A DNA stretch of 64,000 nucleotides from Callorhinchus milii (lineage: Eukaryota). Shown piece after piece: positions 38,320 to 50,097 of the stretch; the stretch's first letter is position 1; each line of letters starts with the position of its first letter. The stretch covers positions 31,002,001 through 31,066,000 of the forward strand of contig NW_024704743.1 in the NCBI RefSeq assembly GCF_018977255.1, given 5' to 3'. Under the pieces are notes generated by a model that made no database searches, had not been told where the DNA came from, and worked only from the letters and a program-made list of their open reading frames with translations. The position numbers and the translations under genes were made by a program.

Positions 38320-39040
38320 GTTTATTTTTTTGTCAGCAAGGTGTCTGACTCATCGCCATGCTTAAAAGTGTCTAACCCAGACTGAGAACTCCATGCATCC
38401 CATCAACAGATGGAAATTCCCAAGATACAGTCAAACTCGTTCAAGGAACCACCTTCATTCAACGACCATTCCCTATCAACAAACAGCTGGGACAGCCCAG
38501 ATCTCACACCATCAAACCCTTACTCAAAGGCCACCCTTATATAGAGGGCACTTTGGCCCATTCTCCTGAGAGGTTGTTGAAGACAGGTTTGACTGTATTT
38601 TTTAGAATGGAATGCGCTCTCTCTCCTTGAAGAGATGTGTCCTGTTTACCTAATTCCGGAAATTAATAGGCACCGGTTGGCAAGTGCCGAGGTTTGAGTA
38701 TTCAGTGTGTGCGTTGGGATACTGCTGGAGTCAAACCAGCTAAAACTAAAAAAAACTCTGCATAGCTTGCCATTCATATTACTGTCTGGCAAATGTCCCA
38801 CTACTTGTTCAGCTAAGACCGCCCTACCCATTAGGGCTTTGGCCTGCAGTGAAGGATCCCTGCCCCCGGTGACCAGTTTGCCCTTCTAAGTCCTGCTGAT
38901 GAGCCACATGGGATAGTTCAGGAACTGGACTACCGAGACCGCAACAGAGGGCTGGCTCGATTCTGATATTCCATTGCCAAACATGTCACCTTGGAGCCAG
39001 TTCAGCTCCAAAGTGACCCTGCATACCTCCCCCAAAGGAG
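38320..39040 (-). repeat. Family Y copy, near full length, interrupted by a MITE
   Basis: Reverse complement aligns with 53163-53720 on both sides of 38426-38597. Confidence 0.8.
38428..38595. mobile_element. pogo/Tigger-like MITE (168 bp) with TA target duplication
   Basis: TA|CAGTCAAAC...GTTTGACTG|TA; second copy at 21841-21984. Confidence 0.88.
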
Positions 39041-39499
39041 GATAGTAAAACTACTTAATTTGTGTTTATGAAACAGACTTGATTCGCTTTGAATCCAAAA
39101 TACATTCTGATCTTCGTGATCATAAGATGTACCCTCTTGTCTTACTCCAAATTCTCAATGAGTCCTCAAGCATATTTAAAAAGAATATTTCAAGAGAGAG
39201 CCATTGAGGTGAAATTTACACTATTGATAAATGGACACCAAAATACTGAATCCAGCATGTACTCAAATCTGTGTAAAACTGACCGCATGGAGCTCAGACA
39301 CCAGCATTCATTTCCAACTTTCCTGAATCCTTTGGTGCCAAAGCAAGTTCCCAGGAGAAATCAGTGTCCAAGTGGAGTTTGGTTTACAAATTTACAAATC
39401 CTTTTCCGAATCCCTCAAATTAGATTTCAATCCTTTGTTAAGTGTTCTTTTTAAACACATTGTAGGTCCCATTGTCAATTATCATTGTCAATAAATGAA

Positions 39500-39693
39500 C
39501 AAATAAATTGTTCATGTTCAATCCACGACTGTTTGTGGGACACTGCTGTGCGCAATTGGCTGCTGCGTTTCGCTCACAAATATGCAGTCAATTCACTTTA
39601 CAGCATATTCTGTGAAGCACTTTGAGATGTCTAGAAGACGTGAAAAGCGCTATATCAAATGCAAGGATTATTATTTTTACTATTATTATTATT
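39500..39693 (+). mobile_element. SINE 3' half
   Basis: Family body and (att)n tail. Confidence 0.9.
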
Positions 39694-39828
39694 GAGTTGA
39701 CTTCCGATTACAACAACAAATTACAGATGTCCAGAAAGGTTTTAGTGCCAGCATTATAGAAACTTCAGCATAGTAGGGGACTATGTATTCAATTATATCA
39801 AACCCATGCTCAAATCATACTATATGAT

Positions 39829-40160
39829 CGTGGAGTCCTGTAGCTCAGTGGTTAGAGCACTCGCTTTGCAAGTGAGAGACCTGAGTTCAATTCCCGACAG
39901 ATCAGGGTGAAACCTTGGGCAAGTTTCCTTACTCCACACAGAGCCTAATAATAATCCCTCCAAAACCAAAAACAATAATAAATTGGTCATTTTCAATCTA
40001 CGACTGTTTGTGGGACATTGCTGTGCGCAATTGGCTGCCGCGTTCGCCCACAAATACATACAGTCAATTCACTTTACAGTGTGTTCTGTGAAGCGCTTTG
40101 GGACGTCCTCCCGACGTGAAAAGCGCTATATCAAATGCAAGGATTATTATATTATTATTA
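39829..40160 (+). mobile_element. Full-length young tRNA-Ala(TGC)-like SINE with L2-type tail
   Basis: A box tagctcagtgg, anticodon arm ctcgc-tttgcaa-gtgag, B box gagttcaattcc, ccttgggcaagtt middle, 3' stem-loop and (att)n. Confidence 0.95.
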
Positions 40161-40175
40161 TAGCTATCTACTCCA

Positions 40176-40283
40176 TAATAATAATCCTTGCATTTGATAT
40201 AGCGCTTTTCACGTCTTCCAGAAGTCTCAAAGCGCTTCACAGAATATGCTGTAAAGTGAATTGACTGTATAGTTGTGGGTGAA
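40176..40283 (-). mobile_element. SINE tail, inverted relative to the preceding copy
   Basis: ataataatccttgcatttgatatagcgcttttcacgtc...gtaaagtgaattgactgtat. Confidence 0.92.
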
Positions 40284-41329
40284 ACTCTAATTCTACTGTA
40301 ATGTATGGCACTGAAACAATGACATTGTGTGGGAGTTCTGGGTGATTTGTATTGGGGCACTGCAACACATTTGTGCTCGGTGTCACTGGTCTAAAGAATG
40401 AAAAAAATCAACCTAGATTCTTGATCAAAGCATGTTGGTAATAGGGAGTGAAGACTAGCCAGACTAACCTATGATCCTCTTGACAATGCCTAGAACTACA
40501 CATAATGAATGGCCACCTGAAACACTGACATGCATGGGGCCCACCACTTGCTCTTTCTTGTAGCACCAATCTTTAAAATGAAGCAACGTCTTAAGGAATG
40601 GATAGAACTATAGATAATCACAGCATGGAAGAAGACAAGAAAAGATGTGAGGATGGGAATAAATGGAAATGCACAATTTCTTTTTATGATCTAAGGTGAT
40701 GCAATGTCAGCGATGTTTTAACAAAGTCCAGTTTTCACCAAAAATTGGACAAATAAGTCGCTAATACTTTACACAATTGGGTTTCGCAACTATGCATTGC
40801 AGTTAATGTGCTGTCTGTTTCACTCAAAACATTAACCAATTATGCAAATTGTCAGATTTGGGTGAATGCACTACCTTAAGCAAACAAGGGCTTTCTTTGA
40901 AATCCTTTATCGTTTTTCATGGTCTACAGTCCAGGTTTTGTTCTATTGCAGTGCTATTGCAGCAAATAGTCCTACATTCACTTAGCCAGTGTCCAGTAAA
41001 GTTTTGCATGCATGGTTTTGGTTGTGCATAGGTATCACTGAATCAAATAATGTTTGTGGATTAGCTTGAATGTAAATCCATGCTAATATCTCCAACCAAA
41101 CACGAAGTGAGAACAATTCTGAACTATTGAACTCGTTGAGTCATAACCCCAATTTCAGCAGTCACAATACACACCACATCAAACAGCAACTCGTTTGGAA
41201 CACATCTGGATCATTTACCCCAGTCTCTGTTATCAGCTCCTCTAGAAATTCTTTCCCCTCTTTGTCATACTGAGGGCAAACATTCCTTCTCTCCTCGAGT
41301 CTCCTGCAGATCTGGAATTTTTGTTTTGC

Positions 41330-41620
41330 AAAATTTCTCCTGAACTCCCTTCTGTAGGCACCGTTTTTTGCAAGGATCTGGATCCTAGGCTGTAGTAGCC
41401 TTCTGCTACCACTTCAAATTGAATGCAGTGTGAGCCTCGACAGTGAATGTTGACAGGGAATTTGACTGTTGAGAACATATCAGTCAAGCCAGATCTAATT
41501 ACATCTGCCATCCACACACACGCACTTTCCAGTTATCAGCAATGGGAGCCCAAGCTGACTGTCCCTTTCCTAACCTTGGGCATTGAGACCAATTATTAGT
41601 GATGCCTTTATACTATAAAT
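41330..41620 (-). repeat. Family X copy, degenerate
   Basis: tgtgagcctcgacagtga...tccacacacacgcactttcc...cctaaccttgggcattgagaccaatt is complementary to the 29060-29250 motifs. Confidence 0.55.
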
Positions 41621-42502
41621 GATATAGTATTTAAAATATAATGTATGAAACAGAACCAACAAGCATTGTTGCCCCTGTGGCATATTATACTCACTAAGTT
41701 AAGGCAAATTAAGAGAAAAACAACAGCGCAGACCTGATTGGCTGAATGGACCATTTCTGTGCTATCACATGCTCGTATTCTTAATATTAACACTGCATCA
41801 AAAAAAGTTTAATTCCCTGAATATCTGTGTTTTCCCTTTATAAAACTCCCCAGTGTGCTTGGTAACCAGTCTGTTTTGGAAATATTGAACTCTGATTCAC
41901 TGGGACAAAGGATTCGGAAACAAAGCTCCAGCCATTCTTCAGATCTGCTTAGTTGCTCACTAATAAAGGATACAGTGGAAAAAATGGTTAAGGAATGACC
42001 TTTATAAAGTAGAACAAACATGCCACAAATATTCACAAAGGTCATATCTCTTCAACTAGCCTGCAAAGAGTTACAAGTACAATGATTAAATGTAGTTTAC
42101 TATATGAAAGACTTGCATCAATACTGTTATTTTAAGAAATCTAGAGTGAACAAATAAAAGGAAAGAATGAAATCACCTTCGTCTACAAAAATATCCCTCA
42201 GCAGTGCAAGCTTTGACGAGTTCATTACTACTATTAGATTGCAGTTTTTTTATTTTCAGATCAGAGGTGAGTTGCTCAATAGTTTTGGATTACTGTATTT
42301 TGCTGAAAGTATAACAATTTTCCCCAATTGAATCTCTCCACAGCACATGGCACCTCTGTCCAAGGAGTGGGCATCCTGTTCCCAGGCCTCTGCTGTATCA
42401 CTCTGAAAGTGCACATAATGTGCATGAATGGTCCTTGCTGACTCTATGTGGGGGATTGATGAGTCTCTGCTTATTGTCTCCTCACAGTAAAGTAAATCAG
42501 AT

Positions 42503-42835
42503 CAAGAAAGACCTGGGTTTTATTCCCGGCAGGGCGAAATGTTGAGCAAGTTTCCTTACTCCACAAGCCTGTGTTTACCTTGCAGTAAGTAGGAACCTGG
42601 TTGTCAGTCAATTGGCGGATTGCTTTTCTGGGGGTAATAATTCCTTCAAAAAAATAACAGATTGGTCACTTAATCCACGACTGTTTGTGGGACACTGCTG
42701 TGTGTAACTAGCTGCCACGTTTCGCCCACAAAATACAGTCAATTCACTTTACAGTATATTCTGTGAGGCACTTTGAGACGCCGAGAAGACATGATAAGGC
42801 GCTATATCAAATGCAAGGATTAATATTATAATTAT
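42503..42835 (+). mobile_element. tRNA-derived SINE, long-middle subfamily
   Basis: gacctgggttttattcccggcagggcgaaa...gtttaccttgcagtaagtaggaacc...caattggcggattgc...common 3' half. Confidence 0.9.
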
Positions 42836-43097
42836 ATTTAATCTCTCAGTGAAGTGCAATGTTCCAGCATACAATAAACTGTCTGCACCAAGCACTCGTC
42901 CCAGGTGTCATCCTTGCAACTGCTGAAATCTCAATCTCGCCTGCGCTACTACAGTGAGGTGGGCATAACATTCACTAGGACTCCTCCGCTAGAGGGGAGG
43001 AGAGAAATTTCGAAGGATTTCTTTGGCCTAACCTGTCCATCTCTTATCCGCTGTTTCAGAAAACAGGACTCTGAGATTACAAGATGACGCCTTCTGT

Positions 43098-43510
43098 GTG
43101 AGCCTGGCTCAGTGGTAGCACTCTTACCTCTGAGTCTGAAAGTTATGGATTCGAGACCCAAATTGGAACTTTAAATCTCACATTTTATACTGACACTTTC
43201 GATGCAGTGCCGGGGGTGTGCTGCAATTTTGGAGGTGTTGCCCTGTGGATGAGATGTTAAACCAAGGTCATGTCTGCCTGTTCAGGTGGACGTTAAAGAT
43301 CCCATGCCACTATTCAAAAAGAGAAGGGAATTTCTCCACATATCCTGGCCAACAATTCCCCAAATAACATTAGTCACTCATTCCATGGCTATTTGTGGGA
43401 CACTGCTGTGTGAAACTGGCTGTCGCACTTCAAGCACTGTGAAGAGCTCTGAGACGTGTCGACAACGTGATAAAGCGCCGTATCAAATGCAAGGATTGTT
43501 AGTGTTATTA
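43098..43510 (+). mobile_element. Full-length Deu-domain SINE (SacSINE1-like)
   Basis: tggctcagtggtagcactc head; ggatgagatgttaaaccaaggtcatgtctgcctgttcaggtggacgttaaagatcccatgccactattc Deu core; L2-type tail. Confidence 0.9.
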
Positions 43511-43562
43511 TAAAGCTGCCTGCCGACCTGCCCACCTGTCTTCCACAGGAAGCGAATAGAAG

Positions 43563-43930
43563 AACTTGCATCGTTACAACATTTTATCACATCAAAATAT
43601 CTCAAGCCCTTTACAGGAATTACTGTCAAATGTAGTGATTGTTTTTGTAAACAAATTTGTCAGCTATTTTAAGCACAGAAATGTCCCATAAACATTTCAC
43701 GTGGTGAATGACCAATTTTTCTGCAGGTTTGTTGGCCGAGGGAGACCAAGAAAATCTCCCTTCTCCATTCAGTTGTATCATAGGTTTTTGATGTTCTCCT
43801 GACCAAGCAGATGGAACTGCGGTTTAATATCTTGTTCGAAAGACAGCACCTCTGATACCCCGGCACTTCCCTCAGTACTGCACAGGAATGTCAGACTAGA
43901 TTATGAGCCAAGTTCTTAAGTGGGGGATTG
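43563..43930 (-). mobile_element. Deu-domain SINE, degenerate
   Basis: ggtttaatatcttgttcgaaagacagcacctctga...cacttccctcagtactgcac is the reverse of the Deu core. Confidence 0.78.
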
Positions 43931-44014
43931 AAGAAAAACAGAGGTACATACTGTTTGCCACTCAATACTCTCTTCCAATTATATATATTTGTGTCAAATA
44001 GCAAGAGGCTCTAA

Positions 44015-44810
44015 CCAACAACAACAACACAATTACATTTGTAAAGCACCTTTCACATCGGGAGGACGTCCCAAGGTGCTGGACAGACAGAGCTGGGGAT
44101 CAGGATTGGGGAGGGTGGAGGGTGGGGGGGGAAGCATGGAGATCGAAAGCACAGTCAAAAAGGAGGGTCTTGAGATGGGTTTTGAAAGAGGCAAGGGAGG
44201 GGGCGAGGCGGAGGGACTGCGGGATGGAGTTCCAGAGGGTGGCTGCAGAGTGGCAGAAGGACCGCCCGTCAATAATGGGGCGAGCGAGGCGGGGAATGTG
44301 AAGCAGGCGGGAGTCCGCTGAGCGGAGGGAGCGAGCAGGACGGTAGGGGGTTAGGAAATCGCAGAGGTAGGGGGAGCAAGACCTTGGAGGGCTTTGAAGG
44401 TGAGGACCAGGATCTTGAACGGTATCCTCTATGTGATGGGAAGCCAGTGGAGTCAGGCGAGGATTGGGGTGATAGGTTCACAGAGCCAGGTGCGGGAGAG
44501 GACATGGGCTGCAGAGGTCTGGATGATCTGCAGCCTATGGAGGGAGGAGTTGGGGAGGATGATAAGCAAGGAGTTTGTATAGTCGAGCCTCAATGTAATG
44601 AAAGCATGTATGAGGGTTTCGGGGCCTGCGGTGTGAGACAGTGTTGGAGCGGGCGATGTTGCGGAGGTGGGGGAAGGCAGAGCAGGTCATGGCGCAGATG
44701 TGGGGTAGAAAGGATAGTTGAGGGTCAAACAAGACCCCAAGGTTCCAGACTGGCTTAGTAAGATGGAGGTTGCAACCATGGATGGTGATGCTGTCAGTGC
44801 CTGAGGTGTG
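44015..44810 (-). mobile_element. L2 3' fragment (older subfamily)
   Basis: FDPQLSFLPHICAM...HLRNIAR; tail shared with other L2 copies. Confidence 0.92.
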
Positions 44811-44859
44811 GCAGCATAACCAGTATGTAAATTAATCTACAACAAACATGTGAATTGAA

Positions 44860-45190
44860 TAATTATGATCCTTATATTTGATAAAGCACCTTTTCACCTA
44901 AGGAAGACATCTCAAAACCCTTCACTGCAATGTGTTGTGACTATATTTTGTAGATGTACATGGCAGTCAATTTGTGCACAACCATGTCCCACAAACAGCC
45001 ATGAGATTTTTATCTGGGGGATTGTTGGCCAGGACTCTGAGAAAAACTGGCAGTTGGAATCAAGATTCCCATCAAGGGTGGAGGGTAGGGGTGGGAGGAT
45101 GGCCGTAAGCACGATCAAAGAGGGGAGTCTAGAGACATGCCTTGACGGAGGCAAGGGAGGCAAATGCTACCAACTGAGCCAGGCTGATAC
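44860..45190 (-). mobile_element. SINE tail (44860-45045), L2 piece (45060-45160) and SINE head (45162-45188)
   Basis: gtcccacaaacagccatg; aagaggggagtctagagacatgccttga; tgctaccaactgagccaggctga. Confidence 0.65.
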
Positions 45191-45381
45191 AACAAAAGAG
45201 AAGGAAGCAACATTTTTAACTGTCACACAATACTCTGATTTCACAATCACTGCAAGATCAGTTGCTCTGATCACTCTGTTGAAAGTGCTGCATTTCAGCA
45301 GGCTGATATGACACAATGACCACGAGACCTGAGACAGTGCGCATCATGCAACAGCCAAGTACCTGGAAGAGCAGTCTGATT

Positions 45382-45585
45382 TAATAATAATAATCCTTGA
45401 AGTTGATGCAGCGCCTTATCACGCCTTTGAGACATCCCAAACACTTCATAGAATATACTGTAAAGTGAATTGACTGTATATTTTGTGGACGAAACGCGGC
45501 AGCCGATTGCGTACAGCAGTGTCCGATTGCGTACAGCAGTGTCCGATTGCGTACAGCAGTGTCCCACAAACAGTCATGGATTTGC
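45382..45585 (-). mobile_element. SINE 3' half containing a 20-bp tandem triplication
   Basis: Family motifs; ccgattgcgtacagcagtgt x3 at 45503-45562. Confidence 0.9.
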
Positions 45586-46759
45586 ACTGCTGCAGCATAA
45601 ATGAGGTGGATGCCAACAAATAGAAACTGTGCTCCATACTCTTGTGTGGTCGGTCAAACCACTCAACGCTATTCAGCGAAGTTTCTTGAAGTGAATAAAA
45701 AGTCAATTGCAAAAACAACCCAAGTTTTGTTCTTTTAAAAATGGCTTGTGATGCAGAGCAGGAAGGAGAAATCAGATTTCTTTCTCCATATTGCTTCCAG
45801 CAGTCTAAACAAGCATGTCAGTCTGACTAACTGCGTAGTAGTGCATTACCTTTTTATTCCAGAGACAGTTAAATCGTCTTGTGTTGATTTTAAAGCCAAC
45901 AGCGCCTAAGAGAGTAGACCACCAGAGCCACAGTTCAGTAATTCTGCAAGTTAGTTGCAGGCCAACGACCACACATCCATTATTCCTTTTGAATAAAGGC
46001 CAGCTTCTGTAAGAATGCAAACCTACTGTTGTTCAAAGACTGTGGTTTCTCTAGGTGTGACACAGATCAGACACTTCATTTATTTTAAGGTATCGAATTA
46101 TCAGGATAATTTCTAAGGGCTGCCAAGATTGTTGAATCAGACTGTCTTTTGTGGATTGTTCAAAGAACAGTAGAAAGGAGCCTGTGATGAAGGTAGTAGC
46201 TTTGACAGGTAGGATTCTAAATTTGTAATAAAGTAAGCAGGATCCCCCAGACGATTACAAGAAGATCCTTCATAACATTTGCTTCTATCCCACAGATTAC
46301 TGTGGTCTGCAGAGATCCAGCGATACTGCAGATAAGTATCATTGCAATTTACATCTCATTTAATTTAAAATGCATTTGATGGCAGTCTATCTTGTGCAAG
46401 CAAACTAGAGTTTTTCAATACATCAAACCAGACCTTTCACACCAGAGGAGCTGGACGGTGGGACTGAAGGGCTCCAGATGCTTTCTATCCTTTCCATGTC
46501 TGCACCACTAATTGGAGCATAGTGCTGCACCTCATCATTCCAGTCTTCAAAGGCATGTTATGAGAGACCCATGAAAACATGCCGTGATGTATGGAATGCA
46601 GCACCTTTGATAATAGAGATTTTTAACTACATGGACGGCTATTCATATGATTTATACAGCAGCTTCATGATGTTTACTGTGTCTTCATAAATATTCTTTT
46701 AATTGCAATTTAAACATGAAATAGAAATATTCTTGTGATGCGGTACCTCAATAAGAGTT

Positions 46760-46960
46760 GGGGGGGGATTTCCTCCATTTTTCTCCCGTTCTCCTCTCCT
46801 GGAGGTACTTTGACTCTTTTCTTTCTACTAGGATATTGTTTTATGGCACTTCGTTACCTGGCTCTAATGGTAATTATTCATAGGCAAGTCTCGACAGCAA
46901 GTGTAGGCTAGCTTTTCGACTGCAGGAAGGCATTAAAGCCAAGCCTCATCCTGTCATGTA
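46760..46960 (-). repeat. Family X copy, 3' part
   Basis: ctcctctcctggaggtactttgactc...aaagccaagcctcatcctgtc is complementary to the family X end. Confidence 0.55.
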
Positions 46961-48569
46961 AAGAGGGTTTCATCATGAGAGCAGAAGCGCTGATACTGAG
47001 CTTATTGTTGTACTAAATATTATAATTTCAAATTAATACATTTTTTAAAAAAAAATGATCTTTCCTTGCTGACACCTTGTGTTGTTAGCCTATATTCAGA
47101 CCTCTAGAATGCGATTTGTAAAAAGGTGCTAAATCTAATATGTCCAGCAATCATGATGTGCATCCTCTAACAGGCACACCTCATGCCTCAATGGATTAGT
47201 AGGAACTCATGAAATGTTGAAGCACAGAACTGTTTTTCCAAGAGCCACCTAATCGAATTGCTCTCTCTTGCTATTTCCCCATACACTTCAATATTCCTCT
47301 CAACGTTAGGCAATTGCGCAAAATCAGGCACAAACCTGTATCCTGCCATAGAAGCTAGTTATAAACAGATTTGTAACATTTGAATGACAATGTGCATCAA
47401 CAGAAAAGAGCACAAACAAGACTTTTGGCACCATTAACGTGTTACCACGATGCAAGGTTCTGAAGGCACGTTCCACAGAGAAAATAGCAAAGGTTTTCTA
47501 CTTTTATCTTTTACAAAATTTGCAATTCTCAGATGTAATCCATAATTTGTCTTGATCTTCCCTTAATCAAAATTGAATATTGGTACTAAATTATTCAGAG
47601 CTGTTAACAGAGAACGTTCCAGTTTCTGACTGCATTTCAAAATACCTTCCGGCATATTGCCTTAAGACTTTCTAGAATTAGCTACTACACTTTACAATCA
47701 AATCCTGCGCAGCACTTTGTGAAATTTTGATGACTTGGTAAGGCACCATATCAATTGTAAGTATTACTATTATTGTTTCTTGTGTGCACACGGCTTTTTA
47801 AATTATCTACATCCAATTTACAGCTCCGAAGAGCCTAAATCATAACCTGCACAATTAAAGTGAAACCACTGGTATCTGCCAGTAACCGAAAAGATGCAAA
47901 TATGTTCGGGAGCATGGGACTGAAGCTTTCACATGCTGATGTGAAAGTTAAAAGAAATTTCAAATCAAATGAATTTAGAGGCTTCAAAAAAGGAAGGTGC
48001 CTGAAGTTGGCGATCTGAGGCCCAAAATTCTCATGTTCTTACCCTTAACTCCATTTAATTGAAGATTTCACATCAATGACATTAAAATTTAGGAAAATCT
48101 TAAATTCAGCCTTGATTTGCTAACCAGTTTTCCACAGGTCTTTCTTTGTGAGCAGCCGGCTTCGAAGCTACCACTTACAACTAACACTGAAAGAGTTAAG
48201 CCAAAGCAAATGCACCACACACCGGCATCTCATTCACCAGTGTTTTTGGATGACCTTCTACTGTGCTGAGGTCAACAAATTACTTACAGCTTTCAATAAC
48301 AATTTAATGATGTGCATGTGTGATGCCTATGGCAGCAGATAATGGACAGCTTTAAAAAACAGAAAAGAATCTAAGACTGTCGAAAATGAGACAGTTGTCC
48401 GCCAGTCTTTATTTAAAGACATTTAACCAGGACAGACCAATTAGATTGCACACCTTGTTTACACTGGGGCCCAGGGTCAAAATAGGGGAATGAGAAGCAG
48501 GTTCCTGGGAAACACGAGCCAGAGCAGTGGTGATTTTGCCTTTAGCCAACAAAGGAAAAGAGGGCGGAT

Positions 48570-48760
48570 GGGGGACACTCTCCCTCAATCCCTCATCCTT
48601 GCCCCCTCTCTCCCCTTTTTCAAGTCCCGCCTGAAGACCTTCCTCTTCGACCGTATTTACGGCCACCTCCCCCCAGCCTGGAGTCAGGTTCCACTACTGT
48701 TAAACGCTCTGAGACTCTACCCTGCGTGGAGGGCGCTATATAAGTGCAAGTTGTTGTTGA
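48570..48760 (+). mobile_element. L2 3' fragment
   Basis: FFKSRLKTFLFDR; ggcgctatataagtgcaagttgttgttg. Confidence 0.85.
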
Positions 48761-49779
48761 GAGAAGGGAATGGAGGATTATGAGAGAAGGGATTAGGGAG
48801 AGGTGGAGGCTTGTGTGGAGTTTAAACATCGGCACTGGCACTAGTTTGCCTGAACTACTTGTTTTCATCCTGTATCATATCATGTAATTTGATGTCTCAT
48901 CCTGGCTTTACAATATCTCAATAATCTTTCATGTTTAATGCCCTTTTGAATGCGGAAGAGACTTTGATTAATACTTTGCATGATATTTACGCATGCAAAT
49001 TATAATAATAATTATTATTCCATCTACCTGCTAATAACTGTCAGAATATTTTTCACAAATTTCATTTGAAGAAATTGAAAGAAAGATTTGGTGGTTAGAA
49101 GTTTATCAATGTTAAATTGATCCCATTTCTGCTTCTTAAAACTATCTTGTACTATTCAGGGTGACTGTGCAGGAGATTGACAAGTATGTTCTCATGACAC
49201 AATATGCAGGGTACAGCAGACAGAAGGCAAGTATGTCTTCCAATGGTAACAGAGCAATGCCAGATTCAACTAACTTGCCACTTGCTTGTCAGGTTGAACA
49301 ACTTTTCCAGGCTCTTCCCCACCTCGCACCCTGGTTTTCTTGCAACATGACTGGAACCCCTTTAATCCCATAAACTAAGTATTCAGAGGGCACCCACACA
49401 GGCTGTGATTGATTGTACTGCTTCCCACTTGCTGGATATCTTTTAGGGAAGATGTACGACTCTCACAGAAGTTTTGAGTTCTACTGACTGAATTGGCACA
49501 AAGCAACCAACAAGCTGACATGAACTCTCAATTTTTGCCTCAGATTCCTAAATGGCACCATTAAAGTCGAGCCACTATGATGTAGTGTCTGAACTCAAGA
49601 AGAAACCAACATACATGGATGGCATTATGATCCAGAATGCGAACACGTGATTTCAACACATAATTTCCTGCAGCAACATTTCGGTCAGACCCCAGTACGA
49701 GACTGTGCAAAAGTACTGATAATTGAGATGACAGTGGGTCATTTATTTGCTTTGGCTTAAATCTTTCACTGCAAGTTGT

Positions 49780-50097
49780 GAGGTTACCAATCTATCTGCT
49801 CCCTCCGCTCCATGGGCTCCGGCCTTCTTCACATCCCCGCCTTGCCTCACCCATCATTGGCGGGTGGGCCTTCAGTCTCTCTGCCCTCACCCTCCAGAAC
49901 ACCATCCCACAGTCCCTCCACTTCACGCCCTCCCTTGGCTCCTTCAAAACCTGGCTCAAGACCCTCCTCTTCGACTGTGCCTTCGGTGACTCTCCCCACC
50001 CTCCACCCCTCCTGATCCCAACCACCAGCTCGGGTGCGGTTCCCTGACTGTCCTCCTGCCATGAAAGGCACTATACAAATGGAATTTGTTGTTGTTG
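49780..50097 (+). mobile_element. L2 3' fragment
   Basis: IIGGWAFS...SFKTWLKTLLFDCAF; (ttg)n tail. Confidence 0.9.

Noticed and set aside
39829..39905. tRNA-Ala(TGC) gene (also 61380-61454 on the minus strand)
   Set aside because: Runs straight into a SINE body and tail with no T-run terminator; it is a SINE head.
45503..45562. CRISPR-like direct repeats
   Set aside because: Head-to-tail 20-mers with no spacers, inside a SINE, in vertebrate DNA with no cas genes.
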